A stretch of 64,000 nucleotides of DNA from an uncultured Actinomycetota bacterium (GTDB lineage: Bacteria; Actinomycetota; Actinomycetes; CAVWCF01). This document shows positions 10,497-19,419 of this stretch, in pieces; positions within the stretch are counted from its first letter, which is position 1, and every line of letters starts with the position of its first letter. The position numbers were made by a program, and so were the translations under genes. The notes below the pieces were generated by a model. The model was not told the origin of the DNA, searched no databases, and saw nothing but the letters and a program-made list of their open reading frames with translations. The stretch is taken from contig CAVWCF010000002.1 in NCBI GenBank assembly GCA_963753435.1, forward strand, positions 1 to 64,000, read 5' to 3'.

Positions 10497-10975
10497 TGTT
10501 TGCTTACCGAGCCCGAAAGTGGGTAGTTCACCGGCTGTGCCACCGACCCGAGTCCGGCGATCGCGGCAGCGCTCTCATCGAGGTCGTCGTACTCGGCTTG
10601 CTGGTCCTGTTGCCGCTGGCCTACGTGGTGCTGGCGGTCTTCGAAGTGCAGCGGGCCGCATACGCAACGACCACCGCCGCCCGCGAGGCGGGGCGCGCCC
10701 TGGTCACCGCACCGTCGCAGGCCGCGGCCTTGCCACGCGCGCGTGCCGCGGCAGCGATCGCGCTCGGTGATCAGGGCCTAGGTGAAGGTCGCGAGCAGGT
10801 TCAAGTGACCTGCCCGGCCACGTGCCTACAGCCGGGGGTGCCGGTCACCGTCCGCGTGTCCACCCGGGTTGCGCTGCCATTCGTGCCGGACGTGTTCGGC
10901 CGTGACCTGGCCAGCGTCGCGGTCGCGGCCAGCCACGATGCGGTCGTCGATCGGTTCCGTGAGGTTCCGAGATGA
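10496..10975 (+). CDS. TadE/TadG-like pseudopilin
   Basis: DRG|SALIE prepilin motif, AAREAGRA. Confidence 0.8.
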   Translation: MFAYRARKWVVHRLCHRPESGDRGSALIEVVVLGLLVLLPLAYVVLAVFEVQRAAYATTTAAREAGRALVTAPSQAAALPRARAAAAIALGDQGLGEGREQVQVTCPATCLQPGVPVTVRVSTRVALPFVPDVFGRDLASVAVAASHDAVVDRFREVPR

Positions 10976-11469
10976 GGTCGTCGCCTAGTCATCTGGCGCG
11001 GGGCCTTGCCATTCCCGATGCAGCCGCCGCTGAGTCCGACCGCGGATCCGTGCTCGTTCTCATGATCGGGCTGGTCGCGGTGGTAGTTCTGCTGATCGGC
11101 GTCGTCACCGACGCGTCGGTGCTCTTCTTGACCAAGCGTTCGCTGGCGGCCGTCGTCGACGGCGCCGCGCTAGCGGGCGCCCAAACCCTTGATGAAGCCG
11201 CCTTCTACACCGGGCCTGACAACCCGGCCGAGGCTGGCCGCGTGCCCTTGGATGCGCGGTTGTCGCAGGCGGCAGTGCGCGACTACCTGCACCGCTCGGC
11301 CGCGGCGCAAAGCCTGGATCAATTGGTGCTGCACCAGGTGCAAGTGAGCGCCGAGCAGGTCTCGGTGAGCGCCACCGCCACCGCCGACCTGCCGTTTCGC
11401 CGGTTCGTCGGCGGCGGGCCGGGTGTTCGGCTGCAGGCCGTGGCCACCGCGGAGACGCCATATCGCTGA
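10972..11469 (+). CDS. TadG-related pilus assembly protein
   Basis: DRG|SVLVL, hydrophobic helix, DGAALAGA motif. Confidence 0.8.
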   Translation: MRSSPSHLARGLAIPDAAAAESDRGSVLVLMIGLVAVVVLLIGVVTDASVLFLTKRSLAAVVDGAALAGAQTLDEAAFYTGPDNPAEAGRVPLDARLSQAAVRDYLHRSAAAQSLDQLVLHQVQVSAEQVSVSATATADLPFRRFVGGGPGVRLQAVATAETPYR

Positions 11470-11487
11470 CCCGCCTACGCTGCTGCC

Positions 11488-12609
11488 ATGGCCGCCGAGG
11501 ATCGAGCACAGACGCTTTCTGAACTGCGCTCCGTCCTGGGATCGGTGGAGGCGGTTCTGGATCTGTCCCACCTGCAAACCCAGATCGACGAGCTCAATGA
11601 AGCGGCCGCTGCGCCGGACCTGTGGGACGACCCCGAAAGTGCCCAGCAGGTGACGAGCAAGCTGTCGTCGTTGCAGAACGAACTGCGCCGTGTCACTGAA
11701 CTTAGGCAGCGTCTGGACGATGTCGAGGTGCTCATCGAACTGGGCGAGGACGAAAGCGACGCCGACTCCCTGACCGAAGCCGACACCGAATTGACGGCGC
11801 TGCACAAGGACTTGGCCGATCTAGAGGTCCGCACCCTGCTGTCCGGGGACTACGACTCCCGCGAGGCGCTGGTGACCTTGCGCGCCGAAGCCGGGGGAGT
11901 GGACGCCGCCGACTTCACCGAAATGCTGTACCGGATGTACTCCCGGTGGGCGGAGCGGCATGGCTACCCGGTGGAGGTCTACGACACCTCCTACGCGGAA
12001 GAAGCCGGCTTGAAGTCGGTCACTTTCGCGGTCAAGGCGCCATATGCCTACGGAACCTTGTCCGTGGAGCAGGGCACCCACCGGCTGGTGCGCATTTCCC
12101 CGTTCGACAATCAGGGCCGGCGGCAGACGTCGTTCGCGGCCGTGGAAGTCCTGCCGGTGACGGAGACAACCGATCATGTGGACATCCCCGAGAACGAACT
12201 GCGCGTGGATGTTTTCCGCTCGTCGGGTCCCGGCGGGCAGAGCGTCAACACCACCGACTCCGCCGTGCGGCTGACCCACATCCCCACCGGCATCGTCGTC
12301 AGTTGCCAGAACGAGAAGAGCCAGATCCAGAACCGGGCCGCCGCCTTGCGCGTGCTGCAGGCGCGGCTGCTGGAGCGACGTCGCCATGAGGAGCAGGCAG
12401 CGCTCAACGCGCTCAAGGACGACTCCGGCGGGTCTTGGGGCAACCAGATGCGCTCCTACGTGCTGCACCCGTATCAAATGGTCAAGGACCTGCGAACCGA
12501 GCATGAGACCGGCAACACCTCGGCCGTGCTGGATGGGGAGATCGACGAGTTCATCGAGTCCGGCGTCCGCTGGCGCAAGCAGCGCGAGACGGCCGCGGCG
12601 GCGTCCTGA
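11488..12609 (+). CDS. prfB: peptide chain release factor 2
   Basis: SPF recognition motif, [23 protein letters not shown]; continuous frame; TACGCT -10 6 nt upstream. Confidence 0.98.
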   Translation: MAAEDRAQTLSELRSVLGSVEAVLDLSHLQTQIDELNEAAAAPDLWDDPESAQQVTSKLSSLQNELRRVTELRQRLDDVEVLIELGEDESDADSLTEADTELTALHKDLADLEVRTLLSGDYDSREALVTLRAEAGGVDAADFTEMLYRMYSRWAERHGYPVEVYDTSYAEEAGLKSVTFAVKAPYAYGTLSVEQGTHRLVRISPFDNQGRRQTSFAAVEVLPVTETTDHVDIPENELRVDVFRSSGPGGQSVNTTDSAVRLTHIPTGIVVSCQNEKSQIQNRAAALRVLQARLLERRRHEEQAALNALKDDSGGSWGNQMRSYVLHPYQMVKDLRTEHETGNTSAVLDGEIDEFIESGVRWRKQRETAAAAS

Positions 12610-12731
12610 GGCGGGGCAAGGTAAGGCAAGAGTTAGTCCGAACCTGGAAACTGGATCGGCCAGTCGGGTGATTTCCGACAACCTAAACGGACATTTCCGG
12701 GCAAAATTACCCACAGATTCCCCAATGGCGG

Positions 12732-12760
12732 TTGACGTCGCGCCCCGTGCGTAACAGCAT
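12732..12760 (+). promoter_or_regulatory. putative sigma70-type promoter for riboswitch/adhesin transcript
   Basis: TTGACG (12732-37), 17 nt spacer, CAGCAT (12755-60). Confidence 0.45.
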
Positions 12761-12789
12761 TCACATGTCGCGATCTTGAGATTGTGATG

Positions 12790-12879
12790 CCGAGGAGACG
12801 AAGATCCGCGGCCGGTGTTACCGGTCACCTTCCCTACGGGGGGACGGTCGCGGGGAGTCAATGGTGAGACCGCCCTCGG
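12790..12879 (+). ncRNA. class II cyclic di-GMP riboswitch-like aptamer
   Basis: P1 CCGAGG/CCUCGG; GAGACGAAGA; 9-bp stem CCGCGGCCG/CGGUCGCGG; loop GGUCACC can pseudoknot with GGUGAGACC; GGAGUCAAUGGUG segment; in the 5' UTR of a surface-protein gene. Confidence 0.78.
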
Positions 12880-12908
12880 GCCCTGGCAGCCCGAAGAAGG
12901 TGTCTCAA

Positions 12909-14510
12909 ATGAACAGTCCCCACCTAGGACGTCGTGCACTTGCCGTGCTGGCCGCAGGTGCTATCGGTGTGATCTCCCTGCCGGTGTTGGCAATTCCAGC
13001 GTCGGCCGCGGACGTTCTCGGCTTCGAGATCGATGGGGATCTGATCGACAACCCGGCTGGAGGGGCGGCCGACTGGAACACCCGCCTATCCGGTCCCACG
13101 TTGAATGACAACTTCCCCTCGGACACCACGGTGTTCAGCGCGTCATCCAAGGAGGAGGACCTGCCGAGCACCTGGTCCTTCGCGGGTCAGGCGCCGTCGA
13201 AGAGCGACATCGGAAACGTCTACGTCGACACGGACCTCGTGACGGGAAAGATCGTGGTGCGCCTCGGCTGGGACCGGGACAACGGCTCGGGTACTGACAC
13301 GTACTTCATCGAGTTGAACAAGCTGCCCAACGTGTCTGCATCGATCCCGAATCGTTCCGTTGGCGACTTGCGCTTCGCCATCAAGGAGCAGGGCAATGAG
13401 GTCATCGACCTCGCGCTGGTCAGCACGTGGAGCGGCTCGGCATGGACGAACACGGTGCTCAACCCCACCGGCTTCGCCTACGACATCAACGCTGTTGCGG
13501 TGCCTCTGCCCGCCGGGTGGACCAGCCCGAACGAGTCCGGTGGATTGATCCCGGAGGAGCACTTCGTCGAGACCTCGTTCGATCTCACGACGCTCATCGG
13601 CCTGCAGCCGAGCTGCCCGCCGGCGTTCGGCACGCTGAACTTCCGCAACGCGACAGGCAACAGCGGACCGGACACTCCTGCGGGGAAGATCGGTGACAAC
13701 CTAAAGGACACCATCGGCGGACTGAGCGTTCCCGCTCCCAGCACCTGCGGAACGGTGGAGATCGTCAAGGAGACCGTCCCGAGCACCAGCGGCGAGGACT
13801 TCGGGTTCGAACTGATCACTGACAACGCGTCCGGCATCAAGGACCCGGCATACACCGGCCCGATCACGCTTACGACCGGTGCCGACGGCACCGTCAGCAC
13901 GCTCTACACCGTGGCCCCCGGTGACTACGGGTTCCGGGAGGCACTGAAGACCGGTTGGGACCTGACCAAGCTGGTATGCGTCGACCCCACCGATGACAGC
14001 GTTGTCGACTTGGGGCTGCGCATCGCACTCTTCAAGGTTGCCTCCCAGGAGAAGGTCACCTGCACCTACACGAACACCCAGCGGGCGCAGTTGACCATCG
14101 AGAAGGTGACCAGGCCGGGCTCCGGTGAAACGGCCACCCCGGCTACCAGTGAGGTCTTCAACTTCTCCAGCCAGACCGCCGCTATCGGCTCGTTCGGGCT
14201 GCAGGACACGCAATTCAGCACCGCTACCGGGAACCTGCTGCCCAACGCGACCTACACGGTCGGCGAGGCGCTAACGAACGCGCAACTGACCGCTGGGTGG
14301 TTCACCGAGTCGATCACCTGTGACGACGGCACGACGGGCACGATCAGCAGCACCGGTGGGCACCGTCTCGGTCGACCTGAGCCTGGTGACGACGTCAAGT
14401 GCACCTTCACCAACACCAAGAAGGGCATCGTCGAGGTCGAGAAGCAGACTGACCCTGCCGACGCTCCGGACAGCTTCTCGTTCTTCGGGTCTCAGGCGAC
14501 TTCGACTTGA
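12909..14510 (+). CDS. large secreted surface protein, N-terminal fragment (signal peptide, unknown N-domain, first Ig-like repeats)
   Basis: SD AAGGTG; signal peptide MNSPHLGRRALAVL..ASAA; CT(F/Y)TNT repeats; coding sense continues past frameshifts. Confidence 0.8.
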   Translation: MNSPHLGRRALAVLAAGAIGVISLPVLAIPASAADVLGFEIDGDLIDNPAGGAADWNTRLSGPTLNDNFPSDTTVFSASSKEEDLPSTWSFAGQAPSKSDIGNVYVDTDLVTGKIVVRLGWDRDNGSGTDTYFIELNKLPNVSASIPNRSVGDLRFAIKEQGNEVIDLALVSTWSGSAWTNTVLNPTGFAYDINAVAVPLPAGWTSPNESGGLIPEEHFVETSFDLTTLIGLQPSCPPAFGTLNFRNATGNSGPDTPAGKIGDNLKDTIGGLSVPAPSTCGTVEIVKETVPSTSGEDFGFELITDNASGIKDPAYTGPITLTTGADGTVSTLYTVAPGDYGFREALKTGWDLTKLVCVDPTDDSVVDLGLRIALFKVASQEKVTCTYTNTQRAQLTIEKVTRPGSGETATPATSEVFNFSSQTAAIGSFGLQDTQFSTATGNLLPNATYTVGEALTNAQLTAGWFTESITCDDGTTGTISSTGGHRLGRPEPGDDVKCTFTNTKKGIVEVEKQTDPADAPDSFSFFGSQATST

Positions 14511-14568
14511 CCGACAACGGCGTCGAGTCGAGTGCTGCCAAGCCCGGCCTGTATCAGGTAACCGAGAG

Positions 14569-16131
14569 ATGACGCCCGGCTGGGCACTCACGGCGCTCTC
14601 GTGTAACGACAACAACAGCGTGGGCAGCATCGCGACCCGTACCGCGACTTACAACGTCGAGGCCGGCGAGACGGTCCGTTGCACCTTCACTAACACCAAG
14701 CTCGGCCAGATCACGGTGACCAAGGAGATCAACGGCACCAACCAGCCGTTCACGTTCAACTCCGACGGCTTCACGCTGACCGACACCACGCTGGCCGATG
14801 GCGAGTCCGCCTCCTCCACGGTCGGGTTGCTACCTGGGACCTACAAGGTCTCCGAGGTGCTGCCGACTGGTTGGGAGGACCCGCAGATCGTCTGCTCGGT
14901 CACCGGCGGCAACGGCTCCGGCTACCAGATCACCGGGCTGGAGACCACCGTCACGCTGAAGGCCGGCGACACCGTGGCCTGCACGTACACCAACACGGAG
15001 AAGGCTCGACTCAAGATCATCAAGACGACCTCTCCGGCGGGCCAGGGTCCGTTCACGTTCACTGATGTGGACGGCAACGTGACCGGGCTGCCCACCGGGC
15101 TGTCCGACGGCGAGTCCTTCACCAGCGACTACCTGGTCGGCGGCACCTACAACGTCGAGGAGACCATCCCGGCCGGTTGGGAGATCGCCTCGATCGTCTG
15201 CAATGACCCCGACGACGGCACTACCTACGACGCCGACGCTGGCACCATCGCGTTCGACCTGGACCCGGGCGAGTTGGTCGACTGCACGGTCAACAACCGC
15301 GCCCAGGGCCGGATCGTTCTGGAGAAGGAGACCGACCCGCTGAGTGAGGACGGCACCTTCACCTACACCCAGGGCGGCGGCATCACCGACTTCGACGATG
15401 CCTCCACCTGGAACTCGGGGACGTCCGGCGAACTGGTGACCCAGAACGGCAAGGACGGCTGGTTCTCCGGCTACGTCACCGCCGGTACCTACACGATCAG
15501 CGAGGACACGCTGCCAGCCGAGTGGAACCTCGCCGACATCACGTGCCAGGAGACCAACGCGTTGACCGGCGGCGCCGGTGACGGCGGATCCTCCGGGTCG
15601 GTCGCGACCGACGCCAAGTCCGGTACTGCCACCTACGACGTGGACCCGGGCGAGACGGTGCTGTGCACGTTCACCAACACCAAGCTCGGCATGATCACCG
15701 TCACCAAGGAGACCCTGCCGGCTGACTCGAGTGAGACGTTCGACTTCACCGATGTCGGCATCGACTGGGTCAGTGACCCGATCGACCTGGGCAACGGCGA
15801 CTCGGCCTCGTCCGTGCCGCTGCCTGCGGGCAACTACTCCATCACCGAGATCGGTGTTGGCGGTTGGGACCTGACCGGGCTCACCTGCACCTCCAACCAG
15901 CGCGACGACTTCGATGGCGACCTGGAATCCGCCACCGTCGACATCACGCTGGGCAAGGCGGAGGTTGTCGAGTGCACCTTCACCAACACCCAGCGCGGCA
16001 ACGTCGTGGTCGAGAAGCTCACCGACCCCGCCGGCCTGGGCCCGTTCGACTTCACCAGCGACATACGGGATCGGCGAACGATCCGTTCGCGCCGTCGCTG
16101 TCCGACACCGAGACCGACTCGGTCGAGGTGA
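14569..16131 (+). CDS. large surface protein, middle fragment (prealbumin-like/SpaA-type repeats)
   Basis: Five repeats ending (V)xCT(F/Y/V)xN, each followed by IxxxK; same repeat type as flanking fragments. Confidence 0.78.
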   Translation: MTPGWALTALSCNDNNSVGSIATRTATYNVEAGETVRCTFTNTKLGQITVTKEINGTNQPFTFNSDGFTLTDTTLADGESASSTVGLLPGTYKVSEVLPTGWEDPQIVCSVTGGNGSGYQITGLETTVTLKAGDTVACTYTNTEKARLKIIKTTSPAGQGPFTFTDVDGNVTGLPTGLSDGESFTSDYLVGGTYNVEETIPAGWEIASIVCNDPDDGTTYDADAGTIAFDLDPGELVDCTVNNRAQGRIVLEKETDPLSEDGTFTYTQGGGITDFDDASTWNSGTSGELVTQNGKDGWFSGYVTAGTYTISEDTLPAEWNLADITCQETNALTGGAGDGGSSGSVATDAKSGTATYDVDPGETVLCTFTNTKLGMITVTKETLPADSSETFDFTDVGIDWVSDPIDLGNGDSASSVPLPAGNYSITEIGVGGWDLTGLTCTSNQRDDFDGDLESATVDITLGKAEVVECTFTNTQRGNVVVEKLTDPAGLGPFDFTSDIRDRRTIRSRRRCPTPRPTRSR

Positions 16132-18485
16132 AGCCAGGGACCTACACGGTGACCGAGGGTGAGTTCGCCGAGACCGTGCTCAGCACGATCGTCTGCGACG
16201 ACACGAACAGCTCGACGCCGAGCAGCGGAGACACCGGAACCCGCACCGCCACGTACAACGTGGAGCCGGGTGAGACGGTCAAGTGCACCTTCACCAACAC
16301 CCGCAACGGTGTGGACCTGACGGTGACGAAGACCGCTGTCCCGACGTTCACTCGCGTCTGGGTCTGGGAGATCGTCAAGGAGTCCGACGCGACCTACAAC
16401 CTGCTCGCCGGCCAGAGCGTCGACCACGACTACACCGTGGACGTCACGCCGACACCGGTGGACGGCTCCTGGTTCGTGACCGGAACGATCACGGTGACGA
16501 ACCTCAACGGTTACGACGTGACCGATGTCGATGTCACCGACACAGTGGACAACGGCGGCAACTGCGTCGTCACCAGCGGCACCGGGTTGACGGTTCCCGC
16601 CAACGACAGCGTGGAGGTGGACTACACCTGCACCTACGCGGCTGAGCCCAGCCCGCTGGCGGGGACCAACACCGCAGAGGCCACTTGGGATGCGGCTGCC
16701 AACTACACCCCCACCGGTTCGGCCGAGGGAACTGCCGGATTCGTCTTCGATGACGGCACGGTCGGCAACCCGAACGAGATCGATCCGGTCATCACCGTCG
16801 ACGACGACAAGTACGACGGCGACGCCGGCTGGACTGCCGACCGCAGCGCGGAGCAGTGGACCTACACGGTCAACTACCCGTGCTCCACGGACGTGGCCGA
16901 CTACACCGACGGCGTGTACTCCTACGAGGTCGTCAACACCGCCACGATCAACGAGACGGGTGCGAATGACGATGCGACCGTCACCGTCAACTGCTCGATC
17001 GCGGTCGCGTCCAAGGACGCAGCCGGCACCTACGACGAGCGGCACGAGTGGGATGTTGAGAAGTCCGTCGACCCGGAGACGCAGGACGCGTTCGCCGGTG
17101 AAGACGGCGACTACACCTGGACCGTGACGGTCACCGAAGAGGTCTTCGATGAGGCCTTCGAGGTCACCGGTCAGATCCAGGTCCTCAACCCCAGCAGCGA
17201 AGCCGTGCTCAACGCGACGGTTACCGACGAGCTGGATGACGGGACCGTGGCTGTGATCACCGGTTGCACCGACGGTGAGTTCACCGCTCCCGACCAGTTG
17301 GTCGTCCAGCCTGGCGACACGGCCACCTGCGACTACACCGCAGCGCCTTCGGACGCGTCTGCAACCAAGAACGTCGTCACCGTGGTGGCCAACGGGGTCA
17401 CCTCGACCGGTGAGGCCGACCTGGCGTGGACGTCGAACGTGATCCGCGGCCAGGTGGAGTTGACCGACGACCAGAACCCGGCCTTCCCGATCACGATCGA
17501 TGAGGGCGGAGAATGGACGTACGACGACTCCGAGACCTGCTCGACCAACCCGGCGGACTACGGGGAGACCGGCTCGTACACGATCACCGATGACAACACC
17601 GCGGTGATCAGCGCGGGCGAGAACGAGCTGGATTCGTCCAGCGCGTCGGCCGAGGTCAACTGCTACGCCCCGATCGTCACCAAGGACGCGAACACCGACT
17701 TCACGCGGATTTGGAACTGGGAGATCGAGAAGGTCGAGGACGCGGAGTACGACCTGATCGCCGGTGAAGGAGTGACCCACGACTACACGGTCACGGTCAC
17801 GCCGACTCCGGTCGACGACCAGTGGGCGGTCAGCGGCACGATCACCGTTGCCAACCCGAACCCGAGTGCGGACATGGTGCTCACATCGCTCACTGACGAC
17901 GCCGGTGGCGTGGTCGCCGAGCACGACTGTGACGACCTGACCGTTCCGGCCGGCGGCACGCTGGAGTGCAACTACACCACTGGGCCGCAGGACAGCCCCG
18001 ACGCCAACCCGTTCGGCGACACCAACACGGCCACGGCCGGGTTCGCCGGAGTGGACTGGACCGGGACCGCAGCCATCGAGTTCGCCGATGACCCCACGTC
18101 AGAGGTGGACCCGGTGATCACCGTCGACGATGACCTGTACGACGGGGATGCGGGCTGGACCGCGGACCGCTCGGCCGAGGAGTGGACGTACTCCACCGAC
18201 TACGTCTGCCCCGACACCAACTCTGCTGAGTACGTGGACGGCCTGTTCACCGAGCAGACCATCAACACCGCAACGATCATCGAGACGGAAGCCAGCGACA
18301 CCGCGACCGTCACCTTGAACTGCGCGGACGTCGTGGTCGAGGCGGTAGTCATTCAGCCGCCTCTGGCCAAGACCGGCCTGGGCATTCCGGTCAACCTGCT
18401 GGCGAGTGTGGCGCTGGCCATGCTGACCGTCGGCCTGGGGATGCGCTTCAGTGCGCGGAACCGCCGGGAGACCCTGGGCGCCTGA
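16065..18485 (+). CDS. large surface protein, C-terminal fragment with LAKTG sorting signal
   Basis: Acidic Thr/Asp-rich repeats; LAKTG + hydrophobic stretch + RNRR tail; start given is the frameshift point, not a start codon. Confidence 0.82.
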   Translation, partial: TGSANDPFAPSLSDTETDSVEVKPGTYTVTEGEFAETVLSTIVCDDTNSSTPSSGDTGTRTATYNVEPGETVKCTFTNTRNGVDLTVTKTAVPTFTRVWVWEIVKESDATYNLLAGQSVDHDYTVDVTPTPVDGSWFVTGTITVTNLNGYDVTDVDVTDTVDNGGNCVVTSGTGLTVPANDSVEVDYTCTYAAEPSPLAGTNTAEATWDAAANYTPTGSAEGTAGFVFDDGTVGNPNEIDPVITVDDDKYDGDAGWTADRSAEQWTYTVNYPCSTDVADYTDGVYSYEVVNTATINETGANDDATVTVNCSIAVASKDAAGTYDERHEWDVEKSVDPETQDAFAGEDGDYTWTVTVTEEVFDEAFEVTGQIQVLNPSSEAVLNATVTDELDDGTVAVITGCTDGEFTAPDQLVVQPGDTATCDYTAAPSDASATKNVVTVVANGVTSTGEADLAWTSNVIRGQVELTDDQNPAFPITIDEGGEWTYDDSETCSTNPADYGETGSYTITDDNTAVISAGENELDSSSASAEVNCYAPIVTKDANTDFTRIWNWEIEKVEDAEYDLIAGEGVTHDYTVTVTPTPVDDQWAVSGTITVANPNPSADMVLTSLTDDAGGVVAEHDCDDLTVPAGGTLECNYTTGPQDSPDANPFGDTNTATAGFAGVDWTGTAAIEFADDPTSEVDPVITVDDDLYDGDAGWTADRSAEEWTYSTDYVCPDTNSAEYVDGLFTEQTINTATIIETEASDTATVTLNCADVVVEAVVIQPPLAKTGLGIPVNLLASVALAMLTVGLGMRFSARNRRETLGA
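16782..18191 (+). repeat. internal duplicated coding segment (84 nt copies at 16782-16865 and 18108-18191)
   Basis: DPVITVDDDKYDGDAGWTADRSAEQWTY vs DPVITVDDDLYDGDAGWTADRSAEEWTY; differences mostly synonymous. Confidence 0.85.
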
Positions 18486-18505
18486 ACGGCGAACTAGCAC
18501 CAAGA

Positions 18506-18543
18506 CCGGTGGGGCTGGGCTCGAAGGAGCCCAGCCCCACCGG
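18506..18543 (+). terminator. intrinsic terminator-like hairpin
   Basis: Perfect 17-bp stem CCGGTGGGGCTGGGCTC-gaag-GAGCCCAGCCCCACCGG 20 nt after the stop; no U tract. Confidence 0.75.
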
Positions 18544-18713
18544 CATGTTCGCCGGCAGGCAACGCCTCTGAACTGGGCAAACGCCGGAGGTGTCGGTACC
18601 CGGACAACCGGCCGCGGCGCGGCTGGCTGTGACAGTCCTGCGACACACGTACACTGCGAATTCGGTCGAGGTCGCCGCCGGGCGGCCGCCTCCCGAGCCG
18701 GCCGGCCCACTAC

Positions 18714-19403
18714 ATGATCCGATTCGAGCAAGTCACCAAGATCTACCCGACCCAGACTCGCCCTGCCCTGGAGGGCGTCGACGTCGAGGTGGAGAAGGGC
18801 GACTTCGTCTTCCTCGTGGGCCAGTCCGGCTCCGGCAAGTCCACCTTCCTGCGGTTGATCCTGCGAGAAGAGAAGCCCAACGAGGGGCACGTGTACGTCC
18901 TGGGCAAGGACACCAACCGCCTGTCCAACTGGAAGGTGCCCAAGTTGCGGCGCCAAATCGGCACGGTGTTCCAGGACTTCCGATTGCTGCCGAACAAGAC
19001 CGTCACGGAGAACATCGCTTTCGCGCTGGAAGTAATCGGCAAGCCGCGCAGCACCGTGAAGAAGGTCGTTCCGGAGGTGCTCGACCTCGTCGGCCTGGCC
19101 GGCAAGGAAGGCCGCTACCCCGATGAGTTGTCCGGCGGGGAACAGCAGCGCGTGGCTATCGCCCGCGCTTTCGTGAACCGTCCGCTCCTGCTCATCGCTG
19201 ACGAGCCGACGGGGAACCTGGACCCGTCCACCACGGTCGGGATCATGAAGCTGCTCGACCGGATCAACCGAACCGGCACAACCGTGGTCATGGCCACCCA
19301 CGACGCCGCCATCGTCGACCAGATGCGCAAGCGCGTCATCGAGCTCGAAGGCGGCCACGTGGTCCGCGACCAAGCCCGTGGCGTCTACGGCTACGCCCGC
19401 TGA
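18714..19403 (+). CDS. ftsE: cell division ATP-binding protein FtsE
   Basis: [35 protein letters not shown]. Confidence 0.96.
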   Translation: MIRFEQVTKIYPTQTRPALEGVDVEVEKGDFVFLVGQSGSGKSTFLRLILREEKPNEGHVYVLGKDTNRLSNWKVPKLRRQIGTVFQDFRLLPNKTVTENIAFALEVIGKPRSTVKKVVPEVLDLVGLAGKEGRYPDELSGGEQQRVAIARAFVNRPLLLIADEPTGNLDPSTTVGIMKLLDRINRTGTTVVMATHDAAIVDQMRKRVIELEGGHVVRDQARGVYGYAR

Positions 19404-19419
19404 GATCCAGGGAGCCTGA

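Noticed and set aside
11488-12609. prfB lacks the programmed +1 frameshift and looks co-transcribed with the Tad cluster
   Set aside because: Frameshift-free prfB is normal in actinobacteria, and a leaderless -10 sits directly upstream
14355-16070. Phase variation by slipped-strand mispairing in the adhesin
   Set aside because: Indels lie in 2-3 nt runs, not long homopolymers or SSR tracts; similar indels occur in unrelated genes
15834-17924. 696 aa antisense ORF and many other long shadow ORFs
   Set aside because: Expected antisense to high-GC3 coding sequence; no motifs
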